This document shows, in pieces, positions 10,297 to 20,527 of a DNA stretch of 64,000 nucleotides. Made by a program: the position numbers and the translations under genes. The first letter of the stretch is position 1. Each line of letters opens with the position of its first letter. The notes beneath the pieces are model-generated. The model worked only from the letters and a program-made list of their open reading frames with translations. It was not told the DNA's origin and searched no databases. Origin of the DNA: an uncultured Methanosarcinales archaeon (GTDB lineage Archaea > Nanobdellota > Nanobdellia > Woesearchaeales > GW2011-AR15); the NCBI GenBank assembly GCA_964512765.1, contig CAZEKF010000001.1, forward strand, positions 66,366-130,365, written 5' to 3'.

Positions 10297-11777
10297 TCTT
10301 TTTTATTCAATTGATATATTCTTATTTCATTGTCGAACAGTAAATCAAAGCAAGGATCATTAATAAAAAATAAATTTGAATTATATGAAACAATGAAATA
10401 GTCTGCGTGATACTTGTCTAATATTTTCAAAGCATGGGTTTTAAATCTTGTGTTATAAAATGTAGTTACATCATTAAACCTTTTGTCTGCATCTTCAATC
10501 AACAAATAATTCGAGTCTAATATGTTTTTTCTTTTGCCAAAATAAGTTATAAGATGTCCTTGTTCTGCAGATCCTAAAATAATACTTGAATTAGGCGTGT
10601 TCGCATTGAACCATTCGAAACTAGAAACATATTCCTCGTCAAAAGTTGGTGAATTAAACATTGCAATAAACCCAGGTAGGATTTGTGTTAAAACAATAAC
10701 TGTGACAATTAATATAAAAATTTGATTAGATTTACTGGCAATTTTTGATTTATTAAGTCTAATAAAAACATCTTTTAAGAACTGACCAAATAAGATAACA
10801 AGAGAAGATCCTAAAAACATTAAACCAAGTTCTAAAGAAACCAAACGTAACCATAATAAGATAAATGCAGAAAGAAATATGCTTATGAAAAGAAAAATGC
10901 TTTTGTTTTTTTTAAAGAAATAAACGTAAGCACTGTAAACTCCAAAAATCAGAGGTAAAAACCCAATGTTTGCTAACAACGTCAGGATGTCCAAGTTAAC
11001 AAAATGGTTTTTTATAACTTCTTGTGGCGCGTTCTGGTATATTATTGAGAAACCATGAGCTTGGAACGCGGTCTTGTATATTATAAAACTTGCCCATAAA
11101 AAGAACAATAAAAAAAATGCAGTGAATTCAAGTTCAATTTTTGGTAAGACTCTATTTTCAACCTGGCTTAACAAAATAAACAATAAAATCCCAAGTATTA
11201 ACAAAAAAGATGAAGAAGAGGTTAGGATGAGTACGAGAATTAACGGTATCAAGTAATTAATTTTTGACACGTCATTTTCTAGATTAAGAAAAAAATACAA
11301 AAAGAAAAAACTTCCTGGGAAAAGTATTGAATATGAGCTTATATTATTCAACGTTGCGTTTATATATATGGGTAGAGTAGCAGCAATTACAGAACACAAT
11401 ATTGAGATTCGGCGGTTTTTCAGTATTTTTGAACAAACCATGTAAACGCCAAGGATTAAAGTGGATGCTAACAAATTATTTATAACTTTTATAATAATAA
11501 TTTTTGGAAAAAACAGAGTGAAAAAAGCTAGAAGATAATAATAAAACGGCATTAAAACAAAAGTTCTACCACCGTAACTAAGATCATCATGTATGATAGG
11601 TTTTCCAGTTTCCCAAATATGATCAATTTGTCTTAAAGCAAAATACGACTCATCGTTGCCAAACTGTTCAGTTCCGAGAGAAAAATACAGTCTTATTGAG
11701 AAGTATAATATGAATAAAACAGCAAGGATTATGTGTCTTGACTTAATTGAATCTTTTATTTCTTTAACTGAAACCAT
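10287..11777 (-). CDS. Polytopic membrane protein, GT-C/STT3-like glycosyltransferase
   Basis: NDESYFALRQI, DDLSYGGR, many TMs, C-domain FEWFNANTP...QGHLITYFG. Confidence 0.65.
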   Translation of the reverse strand: MVSVKEIKDSIKSRHIILAVLFILYFSIRLYFSLGTEQFGNDESYFALRQIDHIWETGKPIIHDDLSYGGRTFVLMPFYYYLLAFFTLFFPKIIIIKVINNLLASTLILGVYMVCSKILKNRRISILCSVIAATLPIYINATLNNISSYSILFPGSFFFLYFFLNLENDVSKINYLIPLILVLILTSSSSFLLILGILLFILLSQVENRVLPKIELEFTAFFLLFFLWASFIIYKTAFQAHGFSIIYQNAPQEVIKNHFVNLDILTLLANIGFLPLIFGVYSAYVYFFKKNKSIFLFISIFLSAFILLWLRLVSLELGLMFLGSSLVILFGQFLKDVFIRLNKSKIASKSNQIFILIVTVIVLTQILPGFIAMFNSPTFDEEYVSSFEWFNANTPNSSIILGSAEQGHLITYFGKRKNILDSNYLLIEDADKRFNDVTTFYNTRFKTHALKILDKYHADYFIVSYNSNLFFINDPCFDLLFDNEIRIYQLNKKECQ

Positions 11778-12076
11778 GAAACTCCGCCAATTATTATTGT
11801 TGTTAAAACAAAAACAAATTTATTTAATGGAACATGTAAAAACACATCTAATATCACGTAAACAAAACCATAACTTAGCCCGATTAAATTTGTCAATAAA
11901 AATTTCTCAAGAAACCCAGTTTTAATTTTGATTACTAACGGTAAAAAAGGCATGTAAAAAAAGAATAAATAACTGAACATGAGCAAGAAACTTTCCCAAA
12001 GATTTTTCAAAGGAAGAGTAATAACAAAAGTAGTTATTGCTCCAACCAACATTAATTTGTTTAACTCAGTTTTCAT
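11756..12076 (-). CDS. Small membrane protein
   Basis: 106 aa, 3-4 hydrophobic segments, overlaps both neighbours in an operon-like run. Confidence 0.55.
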   Translation of the reverse strand: MKTELNKLMLVGAITTFVITLPLKNLWESFLLMFSYLFFFYMPFLPLVIKIKTGFLEKFLLTNLIGLSYGFVYVILDVFLHVPLNKFVFVLTTIIIGGVSWFQLKK

Positions 12077-13712
12077 TTTTTATAATAATATAACCTTCTT
12101 TATCATAGACTAATTTGAAATTGTAATTTGTAATATAGCTGTTAGCGAACAAATAATTTACTTGAGTAATTTCCTGAGCGATGTTTTGGAACATAATGTA
12201 ATCAAAATCTAATATACTAAGTTCATTATCTGGTTCGCCATATTCTTTATAGTTCCACCATGATTTTTCATACCTTCTAGTTGCTCTTAATGTGTTGCCT
12301 GCCCAGTCACCGTTAAATTCTAACGGAGTTTGATTAGTCTGGATGTATTGATTGTACAATCTTTGCATTTCTTGCATTGTGATTATGGCAGTGATCCTTT
12401 TAGAGTACATGAACTCTGACTGAAACACACTACCGAAAAATAGCACTTTTTCTGATTTATCAGCGTTATCGTGTATCCAGTTATAAGCTATCCATTCTTG
12501 ATTGGATATATGTTCACCCTGCATTTGTTTGGTTAGAGAAATATGCTGTGGAAGAGCAATTAAAATAACTGCAAGGAACAAGATTAATGTTGGGACAAGA
12601 TTATTTTTTAGTTTTCTTAAAATAAAATAATAAACAGCGTATGCTATAGTTGGATAGAGAATAAAAGGAGTTAATGCCCTGACTCTACTAAAATAATGCG
12701 GTTCCTGAACAATTATTTGTAACAAATATGTTACCAAGAAAAAATATATTGTAGTTATTATCCAAATTCTATATTTTTTATTGTTAATTATTAATTGAAC
12801 AAGCCCAATTACGAAGATTACAAGGAGAATCATAGGAATAAAGAACAAATCTGGAAATACGATCCCACCCATATATTCTCTGGTGAACCATAGATTTCTT
12901 AAACCAAAAAAACCAAAACTATATTGAGAACCGCCTTGAGCTCCCCATAAGAATAAAAATCTTGGTAGTAATGTTATAATTCCTAGTAACGGTATTAGAC
13001 CAATCATTAAAGATTCTTTAATTAATTTTTTTATGTCTTTGAGGTTTTTTGTGATTATCTTGTAACCAACAATAACACAAGGTATGAATAATATTCCAAG
13101 ATCTTGTGGATGTAATAAAAGAATTGAGGACAAACACAAACTCATGAAAACCAAAGTCCAAGATTCTTGTTTTTTCATGTATTTAATAAAAAGCCAAAGG
13201 AAGGTTAATAAAAATAAGTAACCAGCAACCTGGATCCAGATTCCGATGTATAAAGTGTATAACCAGACATTGACAGGCATTGGCAAAATACTTAATGATC
13301 CGGCTAGAATAGCAATTTTTTCATTTTCAAATACTTCTTTTGTGATTAAATATACAAGAATCACGAAAAATGCTTGTGATATGCAAATCAGGAAATAAAA
13401 CGTTGCCCAGGCAGGCACTCCTGAAAATAAAGTTAAAATTGCACTGTTTATGTAATATAATGGTGGTTGAGAATTGAGAGCTTTTTCCTGGCCCATTGAT
13501 ATGTAAGAATCAAAATAATTCCAGTGTTCAGTGTCAACAATACCTTCAACCATTAAAGCATGGTAAAACGCGTCCGCTGCCTTTAAATTACCAGGATGTG
13601 TTAATGGAAGTTTATCAATGTTCAAATAAAAAACCATGGCTAAAGCAAAGAACATTAAAACAATATATTCTAATTTGAATTTTTTACTTAACATCACTTG
13701 AAATAAAACCAA
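12066..13712 (-). CDS. Polytopic membrane protein, GT-C glycosyltransferase-like
   Basis: ADAFYH loop motif, QPPLYY, about 11 TMs, C-domain AYNWIHDNA. Confidence 0.6.
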   Translation of the reverse strand: MVLFQVMLSKKFKLEYIVLMFFALAMVFYLNIDKLPLTHPGNLKAADAFYHALMVEGIVDTEHWNYFDSYISMGQEKALNSQPPLYYINSAILTLFSGVPAWATFYFLICISQAFFVILVYLITKEVFENEKIAILAGSLSILPMPVNVWLYTLYIGIWIQVAGYLFLLTFLWLFIKYMKKQESWTLVFMSLCLSSILLLHPQDLGILFIPCVIVGYKIITKNLKDIKKLIKESLMIGLIPLLGIITLLPRFLFLWGAQGGSQYSFGFFGLRNLWFTREYMGGIVFPDLFFIPMILLVIFVIGLVQLIINNKKYRIWIITTIYFFLVTYLLQIIVQEPHYFSRVRALTPFILYPTIAYAVYYFILRKLKNNLVPTLILFLAVILIALPQHISLTKQMQGEHISNQEWIAYNWIHDNADKSEKVLFFGSVFQSEFMYSKRITAIITMQEMQRLYNQYIQTNQTPLEFNGDWAGNTLRATRRYEKSWWNYKEYGEPDNELSILDFDYIMFQNIAQEITQVNYLFANSYITNYNFKLVYDKEGYIIIKNEN

Positions 13713-13730
13713 TTACTATTATAAATCTTC

Positions 13731-14429
13731 TTAATATTTCCTCGTTAAATCATTTGCTTTTATCTTTAGAATGTCTAAAAACATTTTTATTGAATGTTTG
13801 ATTAAATGAACTTTACTTTCAGGATCATTATACCAATAAACACCAAGTTCTTTGATTTTCAAGTTATATTTTTTAGCTAAGTATAATAACTCAACATCAA
13901 AAATAAACCCTTCTATTAACTGCTTTTTAAAAATTTTCATGCAAGTTTTTTTATTGAATAGTTTAAACCCACATTGCGTATCTTTAATTCCTGGAAGCAC
14001 AAGTAATCTTACTACCAAGGGAAGAACATTACCTGCTATCACTCTTAATGTTGTTTGTTGAAGTTCTAAATGTGAGTCGTCTGCTTTTCTAGAACCAAAA
14101 ATAATATCGTATTTTTTGATATGTTTCATAAAATTATCAAGTTCTTCAATGGGTGTGCTTAAATCTGCATCACTGAATAAAACATAATCGCCTTTACTAT
14201 GCATGAAACCGTTTTTAACAGAATAACCTTTCCCTTTGTTACCTGGGTTTTTTACAATTCTTACATTGTATTTTTTTACAACGTCAATAGTGCTATCTTT
14301 TGATCCATCATCTACAATGATTATTTCATGTTTGAATTTCTTTTTTTTCAAATATTTAATTATAGTTTTCAGGGTTTTTTCAATACGTTTTTCTTCATTA
14401 TAACACGGTATTACAATAGATAGTTTCAT
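13731..14429 (-). CDS. Dolichyl-phosphate glycosyltransferase (Alg5-like GT2)
   Basis: LSIVIPCYNEEKRI, DDGSKD, NKGKGYSV, FSDADLSTP, DTQCGFKLF, FDVELL. Confidence 0.9.
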   Translation of the reverse strand: MKLSIVIPCYNEEKRIEKTLKTIIKYLKKKKFKHEIIIVDDGSKDSTIDVVKKYNVRIVKNPGNKGKGYSVKNGFMHSKGDYVLFSDADLSTPIEELDNFMKHIKKYDIIFGSRKADDSHLELQQTTLRVIAGNVLPLVVRLLVLPGIKDTQCGFKLFNKKTCMKIFKKQLIEGFIFDVELLYLAKKYNLKIKELGVYWYNDPESKVHLIKHSIKMFLDILKIKANDLTRKY

Positions 14430-15445
14430 AGTTCCAGAACCAGTTTTTTTTCGTTTTCTTTGATGTCTTTTACGATTTTATGATCCTTTAATTTGTCTTT
14501 AATTTCTTTCCAACTCATTTTTTCACGAGCTCTTTTTAGATCTTCTAAGAGTTTGTTAACTATAACATATTTTTCATAAATTAATTCAGCTTTTTTCTGG
14601 TTTTCAGTAATGGATATTTGTAATCCTTTAATCTTATTTTCTTGTTGTTTTATGATACTTTCCAATTGTTTTCTTTTTTTATCAAATTTAGATTCTTTTT
14701 CTTGTTTTATTTTGGTTTTTGATTTCTCTGTGTGATGTTCATCAAGTTCTTTGTTTAATGTTTTTTTAACTTTTTTTAGTTTTTCAGTAGCTTTGAATAA
14801 GTTAGTAATTTCTTTTTTGTCCAATGTTTTTTTATTCTTATCAATCTTTGCCACTTCGCACAATTCTTCAGCGTATTTCCCTCCCAAACCAAGCTCTGTT
14901 GCTAGTGTAATAACTATAGATGCTTTTTCAGATTTTTTAATTAATTCATTTAACTCTGTTTCTTTTAGTTTCAAAAAATTATAATTTCTTTTTGGATATT
15001 CGTAAACAGCACCAGGCCTAATCATTCTTGAACCAAAACCTTTGTATGTTGTAGCCATTATGATTTTGTTTTTGTCGTCTGTTAGAATGATGTTTCCTGG
15101 TTTGAAAAGTTCTATGTATAAATTCATTACACGCTCTTTATTTTCCAAGGTTAACTGGATTATTCTTTCAAACTCTCTTTGTTCAATTTTTCTAATTCTT
15201 GAGTTTCTTAAATGTTTCCTAATATTTAACCCGAACTTACCAGAATCTTCAAATGTTTCTTTATAATTACTAACGTAAATCAAAGAAGGTAAAATAATTC
15301 TAAGATATTTCTTGCCTTTGCTAGGAACGTGCAACTGGAAAACGTATGTGTTATCTTTTTGAAACACTTTGTCAATTTTTCCATTGACTAATTCAAACTC
15401 TTTCAGCAAATAGTACAAATCCAGACTTGACAGTTCCTGATTCAT
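14426..15445 (-). CDS. NFACT/Rqc2(RqcH) family N-terminal part (ribosome quality control); lacks the C-terminal NFACT-R region
   Basis: LSSLDL, LRKHL-like IRKHLRNSRI, EQREFERII, IELFKPGNIILTD, LGLGGKYAEELC, coiled coil; only 339 aa. Confidence 0.8.
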   Translation of the reverse strand: MNQELSSLDLYYLLKEFELVNGKIDKVFQKDNTYVFQLHVPSKGKKYLRIILPSLIYVSNYKETFEDSGKFGLNIRKHLRNSRIRKIEQREFERIIQLTLENKERVMNLYIELFKPGNIILTDDKNKIIMATTYKGFGSRMIRPGAVYEYPKRNYNFLKLKETELNELIKKSEKASIVITLATELGLGGKYAEELCEVAKIDKNKKTLDKKEITNLFKATEKLKKVKKTLNKELDEHHTEKSKTKIKQEKESKFDKKRKQLESIIKQQENKIKGLQISITENQKKAELIYEKYVIVNKLLEDLKRAREKMSWKEIKDKLKDHKIVKDIKENEKKLVLEL

Positions 15446-15480
15446 ATAATTAAGAGAATATTTAGTATATTAATACTTAA

Positions 15481-15837
15481 CTAAATAATGCCTTTCTGAA
15501 ATAAGAAATAAACAATTAATCCTGCTAAAACAAGTACACCTATCGAACTTATAATTATTAATTTTAATTTTTGTTCTTTAGAGTCTAACTGAGACCAAGT
15601 TTTATGATTTTTTTTCCATTTATCTTTATTAACTAAGCCAATTGCCATGAACGCAAGGCCCATAATAAAGAACGCATAGTTTTTCGTTGCCATGCCTAGG
15701 GGAATCCAAGTGATGCCCATTATAAAAAAAGTGTAATAATCAGGTTCTCTTTTTTTACCTGTTTTAGCTGCGTAAACTGCAACAACAGCCAATATAATGA
15801 CCAAAACACCAACAGTAATCAAAATCCACGGTATCAT
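15481..15837 (-). CDS. Hypothetical membrane protein
   Basis: 118 aa, hydrophobic helices, PDYYTFFIMGITW. Confidence 0.6.
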   Translation of the reverse strand: MIPWILITVGVLVIILAVVAVYAAKTGKKREPDYYTFFIMGITWIPLGMATKNYAFFIMGLAFMAIGLVNKDKWKKNHKTWSQLDSKEQKLKLIIISSIGVLVLAGLIVYFLFQKGII

Positions 15838-15945
15838 ATTTTACAGTAAGTTTTTATCTACTATTTAAATTATCTGGTATAAAATAATAAAAATTAGTTT
15901 ATAGCTCGCGCTATATATTACCAAAAATAATTAAAAGAAATTACT

Positions 15946-16137
15946 TTACATTGGTTTTACGTTTTTTGCTTGCGGTCCTCTTTCCCCTTCTTCAGGGTCG
16001 AATGTAACTTTTTGGCCTTCATCAAGAGAATCTACTCCGTCTAATGCTGTGCTATGGACAAAATAATCTTTTCCGTCCTCGCCTTCAACAAAGCCATATC
16101 CTTTCATTCGGTTGAACCACTTAACTGTTCCTTCCAT
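15946..16137 (-). CDS. Cold-shock domain protein
   Basis: GTVKWFN, KGYGFV, DYFVHS, GPQAKNV; GAGGT SD-like sequence upstream. Confidence 0.96.
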   Translation of the reverse strand: MEGTVKWFNRMKGYGFVEGEDGKDYFVHSTALDGVDSLDEGQKVTFDPEEGERGPQAKNVKPM

Positions 16138-16228
16138 TTAAATATACCTCAAGCTTTCGGATAAATTCTGTGTTTATAAAGCTATGTTTTAGAAAGATAT
16201 ATAATCTTGCTGTTCTCCTAATATTTAC

Positions 16229-16423
16229 ATGGGACAACAAGAAGTGTATGATTTTCTTAAAAAAAACAAAAATAAATGGTGGACATCTAAGCAGATTTCT
16301 GAGAAAATTGACGCTTCAATAGGTTCTGTCACGACTACATTGACTAAGTTAAGGAAAAGAAAAGATGTTAACTATAAAATGTCCAAGGAAAAAACTAACA
16401 TGTACTTATACCAGTTTAAATGA
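16229..16423 (+). CDS. Small winged-helix DNA-binding protein
   Basis: QQEVYDFLKK...TSKQISEKI...SIGSVTTTLTKLRK. Confidence 0.75.
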   Translation: MGQQEVYDFLKKNKNKWWTSKQISEKIDASIGSVTTTLTKLRKRKDVNYKMSKEKTNMYLYQFK

Positions 16424-16434
16424 GGTGATTTACC

Positions 16435-16632
16435 TTGTGTTTTAAAAACATGAAGAAAAAAATTAAGAAATTAACTTGGTGCGATATTAAATTAATTAAA
16501 TTAAGCACAGCAGCTTTTGTTTTGATGGTAGCTAAACTATGGCCGCCTTTACTATCTTTAGATTGGTATTGGTATCTGGCAATTGCTTTACTGGCTATGA
16601 TAAAACCTTTAATGGTTGTGTGTAAGAAATAA
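16435..16632 (+). CDS. Small membrane protein
   Basis: GAGGTGA SD before the start; DIKLIKLS...WYWYLAIA hydrophobic segments. Confidence 0.55.
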   Translation: MCFKNMKKKIKKLTWCDIKLIKLSTAAFVLMVAKLWPPLLSLDWYWYLAIALLAMIKPLMVVCKK

Positions 16633-16635
16633 ATT

Positions 16636-16980
16636 TTATTTACAACTGTAAGAAGTAGTTTTTTCTTTTACTATTTTTAATAATTTTACTATGTTTTTTT
16701 CATCAATCTCTTCTAATGATTTAAATTTTAAATGTCGCATATATTTTCCTTTGCCTTTTAACTGATCAGCGTATTGTTTTTCCAGTCCTTGAACAGAGAA
16801 TCCTAGATTAACACTATCTTTTAACCCTACAAGATAAAACTTGCCATCATACCAAGGAACTCCCATTTTCATTTCTTCTTTTATTTCAGGAAAAGTTTTT
16901 AGAATGATTTTTCTTAGCTTATTACAAAGTTGTTTTTGTAAGGGTTTTTGTTTTTCAATATAATTGTCTACATCAGTCAT
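16636..16980 (-). CDS. DUF1801/YdhG-like protein
   Basis: VDNYI, LRKII, EEMKMGVPWY, VNLGF, GKGKYMRHLKF. Confidence 0.8.
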   Translation of the reverse strand: MTDVDNYIEKQKPLQKQLCNKLRKIILKTFPEIKEEMKMGVPWYDGKFYLVGLKDSVNLGFSVQGLEKQYADQLKGKGKYMRHLKFKSLEEIDEKNIVKLLKIVKEKTTSYSCK

Positions 16981-17477
16981 TCTTTTTCAATCTCGTTAGC
17001 TATGTCTCTGAACGTGTCTGCAATATTTTTCTTAATATTTTTTGATTTTCTATGTTTTCTTTTTTTCTTTTTACCTAGTTTGCAGAATATTGAGATGTAA
17101 CCTCCTATGAATACAGCAACGAATACAATTGGATAAACAATAATAGATAATGGCCATAATAAACTGAATAACCGAGTCATTAACATTAAATCTATTACAC
17201 TGAAAATTCTAAATATGAATGTTACAAGTAGCATTGAAGCAGTTGAACTGAATATTGGTGCTCCAAGATTCAATGGAAATATTAATTCAAAAAATATTTC
17301 TGCAATCATGAATATTAAAGACATTATGATTAGTAACACAGCATTATCATTAAGAAAACTTACCCAGATTGAATAAACACGTAGGTTAACATGAACCAAA
17401 TTTAATACTCCAAGTATAATCAGAAAAATCATCAACCCAATGATTCTTGACAATAAGATTTTAGGTATTTTTTTCAT
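16977..17477 (-). CDS. Hypothetical membrane protein
   Basis: Four hydrophobic helices and a basic C-terminal tail. Confidence 0.6.
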   Translation of the reverse strand: MKKIPKILLSRIIGLMIFLIILGVLNLVHVNLRVYSIWVSFLNDNAVLLIIMSLIFMIAEIFFELIFPLNLGAPIFSSTASMLLVTFIFRIFSVIDLMLMTRLFSLLWPLSIIVYPIVFVAVFIGGYISIFCKLGKKKKRKHRKSKNIKKNIADTFRDIANEIEKE

Positions 17478-17516
17478 TTGATTTTATAATATAATTACTT
17501 ATGTTTTAATACTTTA

Positions 17517-18212
17517 TCATAACTTACCAGCATGAGCAAGCATAGTTTTTATTTCCTCTTTGAGATATTTGACTTCGTGTATATCATAATTTTCTGCTTT
17601 AAGATGCACAAGCATCATGCCTGCCACGTCCCAGCCATAAAACTTTTCAAGTATGTATCTGTATAAGCTTAATTGGAGCGTGTATTTAGAGAACTTACAA
17701 TCTTGTAATAACTCAAGAGGTGGTGGACAAGTTCTATTATTGTAACCATATTTTTCTATTCTTTTGTTTGTTTTCCAGTCTATAAGAAAAATACCCTCAT
17801 CTGTTCTAGACAACCCATCTATCATTCCTGCAATACCGATTGTTGAAGACCCTATTATTTTTTCAGCATCAAAGAATTCATGATTTTCATTTTCCATGAA
17901 TTTATCTATTGCTTTAAAATATGTTTTATGGTTTTTTGTTACTGGTTCAGGCGTCTTTGTTTTTTTAATAAGAGCTTCAGCGTAATTATGCACGTAATGC
18001 CCAAATTTACAAGAAGCATCAGCTTTATTTTTCCATAGTTCTAAAACTTCTTCAACTGTTAACCCGTCACGTTTTGCAACATGTTTACTCCATTTCTCTT
18101 TGTCAAACTTTTCAAAGAATTGAGATATGAATTCTGTTGCAGATTCTAGTTCACGACCTTCATGGATGTATTTATGACCTTTTTCAATGAATGTTATTAT
18201 TGGTTCTTGCAT
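17517..18212 (-). CDS. PD-(D/E)XK nuclease superfamily protein (RecB/phage exonuclease-like)
   Basis: HKY, SATEFI, GHYVH, EKII, AGMID, IDWKTNK, QLSLY motifs. Confidence 0.85.
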   Translation of the reverse strand: MQEPIITFIEKGHKYIHEGRELESATEFISQFFEKFDKEKWSKHVAKRDGLTVEEVLELWKNKADASCKFGHYVHNYAEALIKKTKTPEPVTKNHKTYFKAIDKFMENENHEFFDAEKIIGSSTIGIAGMIDGLSRTDEGIFLIDWKTNKRIEKYGYNNRTCPPPLELLQDCKFSKYTLQLSLYRYILEKFYGWDVAGMMLVHLKAENYDIHEVKYLKEEIKTMLAHAGKL

Positions 18213-18315
18213 ACTTTTTTGAAAAGAAGATTATTTTTAAGGATTGTGGAATGTCATTCTTTTTTGTACTGTTGATTCAAAACCCTTAAATACTTGTTTT
18301 TATCTGATTAACATT

Positions 18316-18465
18316 ATGGCACTCTGTCCGCACTGTAAAAAAGAATTAAAATTAAATACATTAGACAAAGAAACATTAGGTGTTGGTTTTTTTAAACAAG
18401 AGATAATGTATTCATGTCCTGTGTGCAAGAAAGTATTGGGATTCAGCAGAGGAAAGTATGGATAA
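18316..18465 (+). CDS. Small Zn-ribbon protein
   Basis: MALCPHCKK...YSCPVCKKVLG; the ATG at 18316 is preferred over the longer ORF. Confidence 0.7.
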   Translation: MALCPHCKKELKLNTLDKETLGVGFFKQEIMYSCPVCKKVLGFSRGKYG

Positions 18466-19129
18466 AAAACTAATAATGCTCCAACCATTAAAACTTGTGA
18501 TATTCTTATTAATGTTATTCTGGGGAGCAGGCACATGGAATTATTGGCAAGGCTGGGTATTTTTTGGATATATGATTGTTATGATGATAGTTGTTTTGTT
18601 TTTGTTCAGAGATAAAATGGATCTTGCTAGGGAAAGATTGCATCCTGGTAAAGGCATGAAATCATGGGACAAAGTAATAGCAGTTGTTGGAATAATATTG
18701 TTTTCAGCTGTGTTTATTATTTCAATACTTGATTCTGGCAGATATCATTGGACAAAACCATTATCAGCTTATTTTTATGCAATAACTTACATAGTTTTCA
18801 CAATAGGCAATATACTCATTTTGTGGGCAATGTATACTTGTAAATGGTTTTCAAGCGTTGTAAGAATACAAAAAGACAGAAAACAAAAAGTTTGCAAGCA
18901 AGGACCGTATAAGATAGTAAGACACCCTGGATACTCTGGCAGTTTTTTCATGTTTCTCACATTGCCTTTAGTGTTTGGGTCGTTGTATGCTTTGATACCT
19001 GCAGTGTTTGTTGTTCCAGTTTTAATAATAAGAACATATCTTGAAGATAAATCATTGCAAAAAGAACTAAAAGGTTACAAACAATACACTAAAGAAACCA
19101 AATATAGATTATTTCCAGGTGTTTGGTAA
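18458..19129 (+). CDS. Isoprenylcysteine carboxylmethyltransferase (ICMT/PEMT) family membrane protein
   Basis: FSSVVRIQ, GPYKIVRHPGY, RTYLEDK, GYKQY, RLFPGVW. Confidence 0.88.
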   Translation: MDKKLIMLQPLKLVIFLLMLFWGAGTWNYWQGWVFFGYMIVMMIVVLFLFRDKMDLARERLHPGKGMKSWDKVIAVVGIILFSAVFIISILDSGRYHWTKPLSAYFYAITYIVFTIGNILILWAMYTCKWFSSVVRIQKDRKQKVCKQGPYKIVRHPGYSGSFFMFLTLPLVFGSLYALIPAVFVVPVLIIRTYLEDKSLQKELKGYKQYTKETKYRLFPGVW

Positions 19130-19132
19130 TTT

Positions 19133-20461
19133 TTAACAATTAAGACTCTGTTCTTTACATGCATTAATAACTTTTGGAACTTTGTTTATTTGATTGATTT
19201 GACTATTGTATTTTCTTTTTAGTTTTGAAATTTGTTCTTTTGCTAATCCTGCTTTTGGATTAAAGATTATTTTCTCCCCAAGCAAAGTTCGTTTTTCTTT
19301 TGATATGTTTTTAATTCCAAACTTATCACGATGTTCATATGCTCTACTACCTTTTTGCAACCCAAACACAGTTGGTGAAATTAAGTCAATTTGATCTTTA
19401 CTTTCTTCTAAAAAGGTGATAGTTTCCATGAATTCAGGTTCAGTTTCTGTTGGAAACCCGAACATGGTGTAAACAATATTCTTTATACCTAATTTGCTAG
19501 ATTCTTTCAACACTATTGAATTTTGTTTAGCATTTGTTCCTTTATTCATAAAATCTAAGATTCTTTGTGAACCTGATTCAATGCCCCATGCTGCGCTTCT
19601 TAACCCTGCTTTGTATAATCTAGGCAGGAGATCTATGATCCATTTTTCAGGCCTTAGCTGCATCCAGAAGTCAATGTCATAATTATTCATAAGATCAATT
19701 ATTTCTATAAGTCTCTTTTTGGAAAAACCATCGTCAATAAAAAACACTTTCTTCATATTATTTTTTTCAATTGAGTCTTTGATAAAATCCAAACGAATAG
19801 TTTCATATTTCTTGTTACCGTGATGAGTACAAAACGCACAGAGTTTGTACGGACAGGAATGTGTTGTTCTTATTGGATATACTGTTTCTTTTGAAAAATA
19901 TTTACTTTTATCATATTTTGAAAAATCAAGAAAGGATTTTTCCATGTTTTTCTTTTCTTTAGCACCTAATTTAATCAGGTGTTTAATTAATTGATCATAA
20001 TTATCTAGATATAATGCTTTATCTTTGATTTTTGTACAGTCTGCTGGACCGCCAATAATAACCTTTATTCCTTTTTTGTTTAATTCATCTATGATTCCAT
20101 TTGTAAGAAATACTTGGCTATTATATGTTAAGCTTAATGCCACAACATCAGGTTTTTTAGATAAAATTTGTTTAATCAAGAAATCAAAACCAAGTGGTTT
20201 TTTACCCGATACAGCATTTTTAGATATCTTTGGATAAACATGTCTAGTTTCATTTAAGAACTCTTCTAGTACTAAGAAATAATCTTCAGATTTAATTCTT
20301 TTATAGAAGCTATTAAACTGTTTATAATGATACTCACTGTTCAAATCAAGAACATCAATATCTTCATCAAGACAAGAACTTAACACAGAATGCATCATTG
20401 TTATTGAATATGGCATTACTGTAGGTATATGCACTGGAACATCAATAAGTAAGATTTTCAT
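19133..20461 (-). CDS. B12-binding-domain radical SAM protein
   Basis: N-terminal Rossmann-like region (PDVVALS, IIGGP), CPYKLCAFC cluster motif, GIESGSQRIL, MFGFPTET. Confidence 0.82.
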   Translation of the reverse strand: MKILLIDVPVHIPTVMPYSITMMHSVLSSCLDEDIDVLDLNSEYHYKQFNSFYKRIKSEDYFLVLEEFLNETRHVYPKISKNAVSGKKPLGFDFLIKQILSKKPDVVALSLTYNSQVFLTNGIIDELNKKGIKVIIGGPADCTKIKDKALYLDNYDQLIKHLIKLGAKEKKNMEKSFLDFSKYDKSKYFSKETVYPIRTTHSCPYKLCAFCTHHGNKKYETIRLDFIKDSIEKNNMKKVFFIDDGFSKKRLIEIIDLMNNYDIDFWMQLRPEKWIIDLLPRLYKAGLRSAAWGIESGSQRILDFMNKGTNAKQNSIVLKESSKLGIKNIVYTMFGFPTETEPEFMETITFLEESKDQIDLISPTVFGLQKGSRAYEHRDKFGIKNISKEKRTLLGEKIIFNPKAGLAKEQISKLKRKYNSQINQINKVPKVINACKEQSLNC

Positions 20462-20527
20462 TATTTGTTTTAAAAATAAGAAGTTTTTAATTTTAACTGA
20501 TTGGCAATTGAATAAAAAAACCTTGAT

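Noticed and set aside
19830..19865. Cx4Cx2C instead of Cx3Cx2C in the radical SAM protein as a novelty
   Set aside because: This spacing is a known variant among B12-binding radical SAM enzymes.
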